Positions 24,306 through 35,870 of a DNA stretch of 64,000 nucleotides are shown in pieces. Source of the stretch: Callorhinchus milii. Its lineage: Eukaryota. Numbering within the stretch: the stretch's first letter is position 1; every line of letters starts with the position of its first letter. The notes below the pieces were generated by a model. It was not told where the DNA came from, did not search any database, and saw only the letters and a list, made by a program, of their open reading frames with translations. The stretch is from positions 29,948,001-30,012,000 of the forward strand of contig NW_024704743.1 in assembly GCF_018977255.1 (NCBI RefSeq). The letters run 5' to 3'. The translations under genes and the position numbers were made by a program.

Positions 24306-25412
24306 CTAAGAGAATTCAAAAGGTAAAGATTATCAACAGGTATTTATATACAGATCTAACTTGCAGTATTTCTTAAACAAGATTCCTTAATAGGGTTCAT
24401 AATTACAACCCCTCCTATTAATCGGTCCTCCTAATACATCACTATGATTCACAGGAGCCAATTGCAGACCAGAGATTGACAGGAATTCTTATTAAGGAAT
24501 CCAGAGCATTTTTTTNGTCAGCCGGGTGTCTAACACATGCAAAAATGCATCACCATGCTTAAGGGTATTCAAAATCAAATAGAGTTCCATGCACCCCACC
24601 TATAGCAATTCCAGAGATGTTTATTGGAATAGAATGTGCTCTCCCCCCTGAAGGGACGCATCCTGTTTACCTAAGACTGATAAGTATTAGGTGCAGGTTG
24701 GCGAGAGCCATGACTTAGGGTCTTCAGAGTGTGTGTTAGGGTACTGCTGGAATCTAACCAGCTAAAATTACATAGCATGCTTTTGAGAGCACTGCCTGGC
24801 AGGCTTTTCTGCCACTTGTCCAGTAGGACCCTACCCATTAGGGCTTTGGCTTGCAGGAATAGCGGCAGCTGACTGCAGAAAAGTCCCTGACCCAGCGACT
24901 GGTCTGCCCTTTAAGGTCCTGCCGATGAGCCAGCCTGGCTGTGCTGTCATCAGCTGTGCCCTGGAATAGAGGACCTGCCTGCCTCAGGAACTGGACAACC
25001 GAGACCGCCACAGAGGATGAGTTTGGTTCCAACATTCTGTTGTCAAATTTATCACCTTGGAGACAGATCAGCTTAGCTCCCCAAAACCCCTGCCCGCCCG
25101 CCCCCTCCCAGCCCCCTCAAAGATGACAGTAGAATCCAGAGTAACCTGTATGTAGTATGCACATAATTTGGGAGTAGTGCTCAATACTTAAACTTGAGGG
25201 AGGTTGCAGAAAGGGAAGGTTTTGTTATTAACCGTAATAACTTTAACAATGTATAATTCACCAAACTACAATGAACAGAAAGAACCTCTTGCTCCAGATG
25301 TTAAAATAGGACAAATTTCCATTTCCCACAGCAGACAAGACATCCTTCACTGTGAACAAGCAGCATTGTCACTGAAATTTCAGTAAAGCACAATGATTGA
25401 GCATCATCAAGG

Positions 25413-25812
25413 TGTCAGTCTGGTTCAGTCGGTAACTCCACGTCAGGACCTTGAGATAACAGTATAGGTCGACATTCCCATTACAGTACTAGGGGAGCAC
25501 TGCATTGTTGGAGGTGCCGCCCTTCAGATGAGATGTTAAACCTGAGGCCCCTCTGCCTGTTCAGGTAGATGTTATGGATCCCACTATTCAAAAAGAGAAA
25601 TGAGTTCCTCCCAGTGTCCTGGCCAATAATCCACTATATAAAATTGCTCATTCATTTCATGGTTCTTTGTGAAATATTGCTGAGAGCAATTCGCTGCTGC
25701 ATTTATTTGCACCCAAAAATCCGGTCACTACATTTTACAGTAAACCTTGTGAAGCGCTTTAAAATGTCCTTCTGATATGAAAGGTGCTTTATCAAAAGTA
25801 AGAATGATTATC
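25413..25812 (+). mobile_element. Old tRNA-Deu-L2 SINE
   Basis: ggaggtgccgcccttcagatgagatgttaaacc...gtcctggccaa Deu-like body with decayed tail. Confidence 0.75.
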
Positions 25813-26199
25813 ATATGGAACATATGCAGTCACTGCATACAAGAGACTCCAAAAAAATGACATTAAATGTTCAGTATGATTTATTCTCAAGTTCGAATGG
25901 CTGTACCTATATCGGAAAAATGGAACTGACCCATCTTAAAAACATTCATCCAGAGCAATCGGGTCAGATTTTTCTTTTAAAGTCTACAACACAGTTCCTT
26001 CCACAGGTTAATGTTCATAAATAATCTTTGTGCCAAGTATTACCAGTAAAGTATGAAAATTTCAAATATTTGTCATATTATTTGCAGAAAATAAGCATAT
26101 TTTGCAACTTAAGCTTGAAAATGATCCCCAATTGTCTGACTGTAACGTAATGGTCCCATGGTCAGTCCCAATGTAAGCATCCTTTGGCACTATAACTAT

Positions 26200-26479
26200 A
26201 AATAATGTAATAACCCTTGCATTTAATATAGCGCTTTTCATGTCTTCCAGACGTCTCACAGTAAAGTGAATTGACTGTATATTTGTGGGCGAAACGCGGC
26301 AGCCAATTGCGCACAGCAGAGTCCCACAAGTAGTTGTGGCTCGAAGTGACCAATTTATTATTGTTTTTTTTTCTTGAGGGATCATTATCAGGCGTGTGGA
26401 GTAAGGAAACTTGCCCAAGGCGTCGCCCTGCCGGGAATCAAACCCAGGTCTCTCTAACCAATGAGCTACAGGTCTCCAC
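26200..26479 (-). mobile_element. Young SINE (deleted form)
   Basis: Matches the family consensus, with small deletions. Confidence 0.85.
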
Positions 26480-26643
26480 TGATAATTAACTGATAACTAA
26501 TCAGCTGCATTAAATTAAGCAGAACATTGAAACTGTTAACTTTATCGTGTCATTGCACGTGTCCTAAAAAAAAAAGCAGCAGGCATCGCAAATCATGAAA
26601 TAATTGCAATATCGAATATTGCTGTATTTGGAAGACAAATTAC

Positions 26644-26902
26644 CTGAGGACAATGCTACATTAAATGCGTTGGTGTGACAGAAATACCGATTCATTCGGG
26701 ACGCAAACAGTTGTTGCTGCGGCTGGATTCCCGCAGGTGCACAAACTGCAGAGAGGTTTCTTTCGTACGCGCGCACGCCTTTTGACCTTCTTCGGCTGGT
26801 GCAAGCTCTGGAGCATAACCGAAGTGAACCCTCTTGAAGAGTGGCCGCAGCTTGCTCTTTAAATACGCGCAGCCAAGTCCTGGTCAGCACAGCAGCCTCC
26901 AT
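26644..26902 (-). CDS. MRS2: MRS2 exon 1 (putative mitochondrial targeting sequence); alternative in-frame ATG at 26938
   Basis: Arg/Ser-rich MEAAVLTRTWLRVF...NVALSS; phase-1 donor G|gtaatt matches exon 2; the joined CDS is 1344 nt = 447 aa, open throughout. Confidence 0.8.
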
Positions 26903-27289
26903 CCACGAGATTCTTCCGCTTGCAGTCTCAAAATTCATTCAACTCACAAAACCGACCGTCAATCAGACAGTCAAACAAACAGCAGCAAAGCTGGTTCTGG
27001 TTCTGGTTTTAGCCCCAGTGAGGGGTGTCAACGTTAGGATGTTCTCTGGGGGGAATGAGGGCAGAGGGGTGGGGGGTGGGGGTGAGGGTGGGGGGTGATT
27101 CAGGCCCAGCGTTATGTGGCCCGGAAAGGAAACAGTAGCAGTGATGGAGGTGGCTGATGGCATCAAGTGTGACAACCTGAGAGACAGCAAATACTGGACG
27201 CACTTTCAACAACTTCCTAAACTACAAATGAAGTTGGACTCAGTCACTCAGTCACTCAGACTCTCTCCCTCTGCCGCTGACCGACACTT

Positions 27290-27753
27290 AGAACGCCCGG
27301 GGAGTAGAATTCCATCCACCGATTGTTCCCTTTGTTGACATCACAAGCGGGTTCCGGAAGGTTATACCTCCCGAGGTTCTATCCCAGCCTGCCCCGGGGG
27401 GGGGGGGGGGCGGGTTGTTGTGGAGCTGTCTTGCGCACGCGCGGTTCTCGCCGTGTGGTTAATGGGAGAAGGGGGGGGGGGAGAGAAGGGGACGTCATGC
27501 GCATGCGCGTCACTGGCTCGGTGGTGATGTGAGACGTCGTGCGCAGGCGCGGTCCCTCTGATTCCTGGCAGCTGCACCTGTTCCATCCTCCTGGAGGCGA
27601 CAGTGAGCCCATGGCGGGGGGGGGGGGGGGTCTGGCCATGTTTTGTAAACCAAAGCCGGGGACGCATGTGCGCAAGCAATTGAACTCCCTTCCCGCACCG
27701 GGCTCCGAGGCCCTATCCTCCTCACCCTCGCCCGGCTCCGCTGGGTGCCCATC
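27290..27753. promoter_or_regulatory. CpG-island promoter upstream of MRS2 with NRF1, ETS/GABP-like and CRE-like motifs
   Basis: TGCGCATGCGC 27498-27508; TGCGCAGGCGC 27540-27550; TGCGCACGCGC 27432-27442; TTCCGGAAG 27352-27360; GACGTCA 27491-27497. Confidence 0.7.
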
Positions 27754-28061
27754 GTGGAGTCCTGTAGCTCAGTGGTTAGAGCACTCGCTTTGCAAGTGAG
27801 AGACCTGAGTTCAATTCCAGGCAGAGGGCGAAACCTTGGGCAAGTTTCCTTACTCCACACAGAGCCTAATAATAATCCCTCCAAAAACCAAAACAATAAT
27901 AAATTGGTCATTTTCAATCTACGACTGTTTGTGGGACATTGCTGTGCGCAATTGGCTGCCGCGTTCGCCCACAAATATACAGTCAATTCACTTTACAGTA
28001 TATTCTGTGAAGCGCTTTGGGACGTCCTCCCGACGTGAAAAGCGCTATATCAAATGCAAGG

Positions 28062-28092
<31 letters not shown>
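27754..28092 (+). mobile_element. Youngest SINE subfamily, full length
   Basis: A box TAGCTCAGTGG, B box GTTCAATTC, TGC anticodon-like loop, CTCCC 3' loop, long pure (att)n tail. Confidence 0.93.
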
Positions 28093-28093
<1 letters not shown>

Positions 28094-28109
28094 CCCCAGA
28101 GGATAAGGA

Positions 28110-28470
28110 TAAGAGTTCAAAGTCCTCGTCCTCGCCTTCAAAGTCCTCTACGGCCCCTTCCTACCTCTGTGACCTGCTAACCCCATATCAACCTGCCCTC
28201 TCCCGCCGCTCAGGCCTTCAGCCTCTCTGCACCCCAGCCTTTGGAACTCCATCCCACAGTCCCTTCCCGACTGCCCCCTGACTTGCCTGGTTTAAGGCCT
28301 GACTCAACTCCTTCCTCTTCGACTGTGCCTTTAGTCACGTTTCTATCCCCACCCGTCCTGCCCTCCACCCCTCCTAATCCTAATCCCCAGCTCGGGTGCG
28401 CATCCTTGACTGTCCAGTGCTTTGGGACGTCCTCCCGACATGAAAGGAGCTATACAAATGTAATTTGTTA
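28110..28470 (+). mobile_element. L2 LINE 3' fragment
   Basis: APSYLCDLLTPYQPA translation; L2 tail gggacgtcctcccgacatgaaaggagctatacaaatgtaa. Confidence 0.75.
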
Positions 28471-28759
28471 TGACCACAATACCTGATGCTGGTAGTACTG
28501 GAGAAGCTTGTTGGGTTAATGGGCGTATTTCTCTGATGAGTATATCTGTTTTAGAATGGTAGTGTTCTTGCTCAGTTTGTGGCTGAGCTCAAGAAAGGGC
28601 AAATTTGGCCAGGGACACAATACCTCCTGACGGAAATTGGGGATGTATGATCACTCTAACCTAGCAGAGCTCTACCCATTTGGAGTTCTTATTTGTTTAG
28701 GATTTAAATATGTAACATTTTTTATTTGTTGTGCAACAAAGAGAAAGTATTGCTCTTGG

Positions 28760-29198
28760 CAACAATTTACAACAACATGAATTTGCGTTTATAAAGCGAC
28801 CACGCTGGATGGCATCTGGGTTGATACACTATCACTTTAGGAGAATATTTCAAAGTACAGCACTTCGCAAAGATATGAGTGGGAGCCCCATCTGGGAGAG
28901 AGATCGACAGTGGGTGGGTGAAGGGAGGTTGTCGAAAGCACAGTTGAAGGACTTCAGGTGGGATTTGAAAGCAGAAAAAGAAGGAATGTTACAAAGGGAG
29001 TGGCAAAATGGCTAAAAGCTTGTCTGCTGATGGGGCAGATTAGGGTTGTCTTGGTGCTATGGTCAAGGCAAATGCCAAATTAGAATGACTTATACAGGGA
29101 ATGGTGAGAAAGGAACAAACAGAGCTGGAAAGTGACAACTTGTTCCAGCATTTTGGAGACGAAGGGCAGGTTGGGGGATTTGGGGGCTCTGACTAGAG
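28760..29198 (-). mobile_element. Decayed L2 fragments
   Basis: SPNLPFVSKMLEQVVTFQL resembles L2 ISNLPFLSKILEKVV; (aac)n tail remnant near 28760. Confidence 0.6.
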
Positions 29199-29270
29199 CA
29201 GTAGTGGCCAACCCATGGCCCGCAGGCCAAAAATGACCCTCAGGAGCATCAAAAAGTGGCCTGCTAAACA
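29199..29270 (+). mobile_element. hAT (Charlie-type) MITE terminus
   Basis: cagtagtggccaacccatggcccgcaggcc preceded by a ctagag target-like site. Confidence 0.45.
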
Positions 29271-29319
29271 TTCACACTAGTCTTGGTAACTCTGTTAAAT
29301 CAATATTTTGTTTCCAGTA

Positions 29320-30112
29320 GCGCCTCCTCACCTCAGGCACTGACAGCATCACCATCCATGGTTGCACACTCCACCTTGCTAAGGCAGTCCAGAACCTTGC
29401 CGACTTGTTTGACCCTCAGCTATCCTTTCTACCTCACATCTGCGCCATGACCCGTTCTGCCTTCCCCCACCTCTGCAACATCGCCCAGCTCCGCCCACTG
29501 TCTCACACCGCAGGCCGTCGAAACCCTCATACTCTTTCATTACATCGAGGCTTGACGATCAAACTCATTGCTTGTCGGCCTCCCCAACTCCTCCCTCCAT
29601 AGGTTGAAGATCATCCAGAACTCTGCAGCCCCCGTCCAACTCCCGCACTTGGCTCCGCGACCCGATCACCCCCATCCTCGCCCAGCTCCACTAGCTTCCC
29701 ATCACTCAGAGGATACAGTTCAAGATCCTGGTCCTCCCATTCAAAGCCCTCCATTGTCTTGCTCCTCCCTACCTCTGCGATCTCCTAACCCCCTACCATC
29801 CTGTTCGCTCCCTCCACTCAGCGGGCTCTGGCCTGCTTCACGCCCCCCGCTTCACTTGCCCCACTATTCGGGAGTGGGACTTCTGCCATTCTACCCCCAC
29901 CCTCTGGAACTCCATCTCGCAGTCCCTCTGCCTCGCCCCTTCCCTTGCCTCCTTCAAGACACATCTCAAGACTCTCCTCTTTGACTGTGCTTTCGATCTC
30001 CCTGCTTCCCCCCCTTGCCCTCTACCCTCCCCGACCCCCAGCTCTGGTCTAAAACTCTGTCCAGTACCTTGGGACGCCCTCCCGACGTAGAAATGTAATT
30101 TTGTTGTTGTTG
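29320..30112 (+). mobile_element. L2 LINE 3' fragment
   Basis: FDPQLSFLPHI..., LVGLPNSSLHRLKIIQNSAA; (gtt)n tail. Confidence 0.88.
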
Positions 30113-30156
30113 TACTAGTGGTGTTAATTATGGTATGGCCATAAATCAAGAAATAC

Positions 30157-30575
30157 GACAACAACAACAAAATTACATTTATAGAGCGCCTTTCACATTG
30201 AGAAAATGTCCCAAAGCGCTGAACAGTCAGATGTCAGAGCCCAAGCATGGGGGAGAGGTGGTGTAGGGGTGAGGGAAGGCAGAGAGGTGGAAGGGAGACC
30301 AAAGGCACGGTCGAAGACCTTTATAAATGGAATCTTGTTGTTGTTGTTGTTGTTGAAGAGAAGGGTCTTGAGACCAGCCTTGAAAGAGGCAAGGGAGGAA
30401 GCGAGGCAAAGGGACCATGGGATGGAGTTCCAGAGTGTGGGGGCAGAAAGGCTGAAAGTTCGGCCACCGATGGTAGGGCGGGTCGGGCGGGAGACATGGA
30501 GCAGGCCGGAGCCCGCTGAACAGGGAGCGGGCAGGTTGGTAGGGAGTCAGCAGGTCAGAGAGGTAGGAGGGGCTG
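30157..30575 (-). mobile_element. L2 LINE 3' fragment, tail-to-tail with the previous copy
   Basis: (caa)n tail then reverse complement of L2 3' UTR/ORF2 end; holds a 37 bp opposite-strand L2 tail at 30318-30354. Confidence 0.82.
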
Positions 30576-33106
30576 TGAGGGTGAGGGAGGGGCTGGGAGG
30601 GAGGGAGGGAGGGTGTGAGGGTGAGGGAGGGGCTGGGAGTGTGAGGGAGGGCTGGGAGGGAGGGAGGGAGGGTGTGAGGGTGAGGAGAGGGCTGGGAGTG
30701 TGAGGGAGGGGCTGGGAGGGAGGGAGGGCTGGGAGGGTGAGGGAGGGGCTGGAGGGAGGGAGGGTGTGAGTGTGTGAGGGAGGGGCTGAGAGTGTGAGGG
30801 AGGGGCTGTGAGTGTGAGGGAGGGGCTGTGAGGGTGAGGGAGGGGGTGAGGGAGGGGCTGTTGAGGGTGAGGGAGGGGCTGGGAGGGTGAGGGAGGGGCT
30901 GGGAGGGTGAGGGAGGGCTGGGAGGGTGAGGGAGGGGCTGGAGGGTGAGGGAGGGCTGGGAGGGTGAGGAGGGGCTGGGAGGGTGTGAGTGTGTGAGGGA
31001 GGGGCTGAGAGTGTGAGGGAGGGGCTGTGAGTGTGAGGGAGGGGCTGTGAGGGTGAGGGAGGTGTGAGGGAGGGGCTGTGAGGTGAGGAGGGGCTGGAGG
31101 GTGAGGGAGGGGCTGTGAGGGTGAGGGAGGGTGTGAGTGTGAGGGAGGGTGTGAGTGTGAGGGAGGGGCTGAGAGTGTGAGGGAGGGCTGGGAGGGAGGG
31201 AGGGAGGGCTGGGAGGGAGGGTGTGAGGGTGAGGGAGGGGCTGGGAGTGTGAGGGAGGGGCTGGGAGGGTGAGGGAGGGGCTGTGAGGGTGAGGGAGGGG
31301 GTGAGTGGGTGAGGGAGGGCTGTGAGGGTGAGGGAGGGTGTGAGTGTGAGGGAGGGTGTGAGTCAGTGTGAGGGAGGGGCTGTGAGTGTGAGGGAGGGGC
31401 TGTGAGGGTGAGGGAGGGGCTGTGAGGGTGAGGGAGGGGCTGGGAGTGGTGAGGGAGGGGCTGGGAGGGAGGAGGGAGGGGCTGTGAGGGTGAGGGAGGC
31501 TGGGAGGGTGAGGAGGGGCTGGGAGGGAGGGCTGGGAGGGTGAGGGAGGGGCTGGGAGGGAGGAGGGAGGGTGTGAGGTGAGGGAGGGGCTGTGAGTGTG
31601 TGAGGGAGGGTCTGAGAGTGTGAGGGAGGGCTGTGAGTGTGAGGGAGGGGCTGTGAGTGTGAGGGAGGGGCTGTGAGGGTGAGGGAGGGGCTGTGAGGGT
31701 GAGGGAGGGGCTGTGAGTGTGAGGGAGGGGCTGTGAGGGTGGGGGAGGGCTGTGAGGGTGAGGGAGGGCTGTGAGGGTGAGGGAGGGGCTGTGAGTGTGA
31801 GGGAGGGGCTGTGAGGGTGAGGGAAGGTGTGAGTGTGTGAGGGAGGGGCTGGGAGAGTGAGGGAGGGGCTGGGAGGGTGAGGGGAGGGAGGCTGTGAGGG
31901 TGAGGGAGGGTGTGAGTGTGAGGGAGGGGCTGTGAGGGTGAGGGAGGAGCTGTGAGTGTGAGGGAGGGTGTGAGTGTGAGGGAGGGTGTGAGTGTGAGGG
32001 AGGGGCTGAGAGTGTGAGGGAGGGTGTGAGTGTGTGAGGGAGGGGCTGAGAGTGTGAGGGAGGGGCTGTGAGTGTGAGGGAGGGTGTGAGTGTGTGAGGG
32101 AGGGGCTGTGAGTGTGAGGGAGGGGCTGAGGGTGAGGGAGGGGCTGAGAGTGTGAGGGAGGGTGTGAGTGTGAGGGAGGGGCTGTGAGGGTGAGGGAGAG
32201 TGTGAGTGTGTGAGGGAGGGGCTGTGAGTGTGAGGGAGGGGCTGTGAGTCAGTGTGAGGGAGGGGCTGAGCGTGAGGGAGGGTGTGAGGGAGGGGTTGAG
32301 AGTGAGGGAGGGTGTGAGGGAGGGGTTGAGAGTGAGGGAGGGTGTGAGGGAGGGTTGAGAGTGAGGGAGGGTGTGAGGGAGGGGCTGAGAGTGAGGGAAG
32401 GGGTGTGAGTCAGTGTGAGGGAGGGTGTGAGTGTGAGGGAGGGGCTGAGAGTGAGGGAGGGGCTGGGAGGGAGGGTGTGAGTGTGAGGGAAGATGTGAGT
32501 GTGAGGGAGGGGCTGTGAGTGTGAGGGAGGGGCTGTGACTGAGGGTGAGGGAGGGGGGATGAGTGTGAGGGAGGGGCTGTGAGTGTGAGGGAGGGGCAGT
32601 GAGTGTGCGGGAGGGGCAGTGAGTGTGAGGGAGGGGCTGTGAGTGTGAGGGATGGGCTGTGAGTGTGAGGGATGGGCTGTGAGTGAGGGTGAGGGAGGGG
32701 GGGTGAGTGTGAGGGAGGGGCTGTGAGTGAGTGTGAGTGTGTGAGGGAGGGTGTGAGGGGCTGTGTGAGTGTGAGGGGCTGTGAGTGTGCGAGGGGCTGT
32801 GTGAGTGAGGGGCTGTGAATGTGTGAGGGAGGGGCTGTGTGAGTGTGAGGGGCTGTGAGTGTGTGAGTGTGAGGGGCTGTGTGAGTGTGAGGGGCTGTGA
32901 GTGTGTGAGGGGCTGTGAGTGTGTGAGGGAGGGGCTGTGTGAGTGTGAGGGGCTGTGAGTGTGTGAGGGGCTGTGAGTGTGTGAGGGAGGGGCTGTGTGA
33001 GTGTGAGGGGCTGTGTGAGTGAGGGGCTGTGAGTGTGTGAGTGTGAGGGGCTGTGTGAGTGTGAGGGGCTGTGAGTGTGTGAGGGAGGAGGGAGGGAGGG
33101 AGGGAG
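30560..33106. repeat. G-rich minisatellite (~18 bp unit gtgagggaggggctgtga and variants), ~2.5 kb
   Basis: Directly visible tandem array. Confidence 0.95.
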
Positions 33107-33775
33107 TTGCACACCGCAGTATCCAACATCATTATTATTTGTTTATTATTACATATTGTAATCCGCAATAATGTATCTACTTAAATTCAACTGTAAAGCC
33201 AAGTGCAACACTGCTTATTTATAAATACACCTGTTATTTGTTGATACACTGTATCTGGAACTAATAAATATACTTATTTATTTGTGAATACATTCACTTT
33301 AAAAATGTCAACTTACTCTACTTCGGTCTTTTAAGATTTGTTGAAAGAAACGCTTGTTACATTGGCTTTTTTCTCGTTGCCTCCCATATAATTATTAGTC
33401 TACGCTCATGGCGGGCGGAAGACAAAACAAGTCTATAGACTGACCTAAAGAGTGATTTCAAGCGGTCCGATGCATAGGTACTCAAGTACTTGAGTACTAA
33501 GCATTTTTTTTTAAACCTTTAACAAATTCTAGATGTAATAATAAAAATAATAATCCTTGCATTTGATATCGCGCCTTATCATGTTGAGACGTCTCAAAGC
33601 ACTTCACAGACTATATTATAAAGTGAATTGACTGTGTATTTTGTGGGCAAAACTAATTGCGCGCAGCAGTGTCCCTCCCACAAACAGTCCTGGGATTAAA
33701 TGAAAAAGAAATTCGCTGAAAAGGTTGCTGGTAGAAGCTTTTGTGAATTATTTCTATGAAATCACAAACATGTAT

Positions 33776-33800
33776 NNNNNNNNNNNNNNNNNNNNNNNNN
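33776..33800. other. Assembly gap (25 N)
   Basis: Run of n characters; a single n also occurs at 24516. Confidence 1.
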
Positions 33801-34975
33801 AAGGCCATGGATTGCCTTAAAGGTGGGGACGAGGATCTTGAACTCGATCCCCTGGGGGATGGGGAGCCAGTGGAGTCGGGCGAGGGTGGGAGTGATGGGG
33901 TCACGGAGACTGGTGCGTGAAAGTTCACGAGCTGCAGAGTTTTGGATGATCTATAGCTTATGAAGGGAGGAGTTGGGAAGGCTGATGAGGAGGGAGTTCC
34001 CTAATCACGCCTTCAGGTGAGGGTGAGGGTTTCGGCAGCCTGAGGGGTGAGAAGGTGGCGGAGTCTGGCAATGTTGCAGAGGTGGTGGAAGGCAGTGCCG
34101 GTCATGGCGCGGATGTGGGGGAGAAGGACAGTTCAGGGTCAAACAAGATACCCAGGTTCTTGACTGGCTTAGTGAGGTTGAGTGTGCAGCCGTGGAGGCT
34201 GATGCTGCCAACGCCTGAGGTGCGGAGGCGCTGGCGCGAGCCAATCAGGAGGGCCTCGGTCTTGCTGACATCGAGTTGGAGAAAGTTGTCCCTCGTCCAG
34301 GACTTGATGTCGGACAGTCAGTCGGTTAGGACGCCAGTAGTCCTGGAGTTCAGGGTGGAAGCAGAGAGGTAGAGTTGGGTGTCATCTGCATACATGTGGA
34401 AATTTACCCCATGTCTGCGGATGACGTCACCAAGGGGAGCATGGAGAGGGTGAAGAGGAGGGGACCGAAGACAGAGCCCTGAGGAACACCGCATGAGACA
34501 GTGCGAGGGCTGAAGGAGAAGCTGTTTCCTGAGACGAAGTGGAGGCGTTGTGAAAGGTAGGACCTGAACCAGTCAAGGACAGAACCTTGAAGGTTGAGGT
34601 GGGAGGAGAGGTGGTGGAGGAGGATTGAGTGGTCCACGGTGTCAAAGGTGGCAGAGAGGACGAGGAGGCAGAGGGAGCCCTGGTCACACATAGTCAGGAT
34701 GTCATTTGTGACCTTGACCAGAGCAGTTTCCGTGTTGTGGGCAGCACGGAAACCGGATTGGAGGGGCTCATAGAGGGAGTGAGAGGAGAAGAAAGAGCGA
34801 AGCTGGGAGGCAACAGCTCTCTAGGACCTTGGATAGGAAGGGGAGATTTGAGATGGGCCGGTAGCTAGATAGCTGTGATGGGTCGAGGGAAGGTTTCTTC
34901 AAGGTGTGGGTGATAGTGGCTGTTTTGAAGGGGGAAGGAATTGTGCCAGATGACAGGGAGAGGTTAATGATGTTC
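33801..34975 (-). mobile_element. L2 LINE ORF2 reverse-transcriptase fragment (frameshifted)
   Basis: [38 protein letters not shown] and HMYADDTQL motifs spread across frames. Confidence 0.92.
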
Positions 34976-35139
34976 AATCAAGAAAAATATATTTGGTTCG
35001 CCAACCAAAAAAGCTACCACCGAGCTAGAGTGTTGGGAGGGATCAGGTGCAAGATTTTTGAAAGTAGGGTAAAGATGGTGGTTTTAAATAGGAGGGACAG
35101 CTTGCCAGAAAACAAGGGAGAAGTTGATGACATTGGCTC

Positions 35140-35585
35140 ATAACATAAGACCATACAAAATGCTAGACCAAAAAGACCAAGGTCCATCTAGTTCACCTTC
35201 CACCTTCCTGGCGGTTGCATGCACATGTCCCAAACTATCCATGTACTGTATCCCATATTATTTCCTAAAACAAAACTATCTAATCTGTGTTTGAAAGAAT
35301 CAATACTTCCTGCTTTAACCATCTCCCTGGGGAGCCTGTTCCACAGGTTCTAGATTCCCTCACTTAAATAGTGTTTGCGTAGATTTGTTCTGAATTTACC
35401 CCCCTTGAATTGCAGGCCATGTCCTCTGGTTTTACTATTCAGGACAAGTTGAAACAGCCTGTTGTGATCTATATTGTCTTGCCCCTTTGGAATCTTAAGG
35501 GCAGTAATCATGTCGCCTACCAATCTTCTCTTTTTCAGAGTGAACATGCCCAATTTACTTAGTTGCTCCTCATAGTCCAGTCCTG
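35140..35585 (-). mobile_element. CR1 LINE 3' fragment
   Basis: LDYEEQLSKLGMFTLKKRRLVGDMI...KTRGHGLQF...FRTNLRKHY. Confidence 0.85.
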
Positions 35586-35870
35586 CTGACTGGCACTGGT
35601 CCCGCTCATCCCTTGCACCCTCCGCCCCTCCATTGGCGGTCGTGCTTTCAGCCTCTACGCCCTGAAACTCTGGAAGGCTCTCCCTCAGTCCCTCCGCCTT
35701 GCCCCCTCTCTCCCCTTTTTCAAGTCCTGTCTGAAGACCTTCCTTTTCGATCGTGCTTACGGCCACCAACCCCTGCCCCCCAGTCAGGCTTGGAGTCAGG
35801 CTCTGCCAGTGTTAAGCACTCTGAGACGCTACACTGCATGGAGGGTGTTATATAAGTGCAAGTTGTTGTT
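35586..35870 (+). mobile_element. L2 3' end
   Basis: ggcggtcgtgctttcagc...ctctggaa; (gtt)n tail. Confidence 0.7.

Noticed and set aside
27754..27830. tRNA-Ala(TGC)-like sequence (also at 62728 and elsewhere)
   Set aside because: SINE head: acceptor stem is not properly paired and it continues into the SINE body in many copies.
27836..28180. Recurrent MGKFPYST...WDIAVRNWLPRSPTNIQSIHFTV ORFs resembling a gene family
   Set aside because: Conceptual translations of SINE copies.
28530..28590. CTGATGA...CTGA, suggesting a C/D snoRNA or hammerhead ribozyme core
   Set aside because: Box C lacks the purine, no convincing terminal stem, and no stem II followed by GAAA.
32249..33168. 287 aa and 252 aa His/Ser/Pro/Thr ORFs
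   Set aside because: Reverse translation of the G-rich minisatellite.
33478..33497. Perfect 20 bp palindrome gtactcaagtacttgagtac
   Set aside because: Most simply a CpG-decayed gtactcgagtactcgagtac repeat of an old DNA-transposon end; no other support for function.
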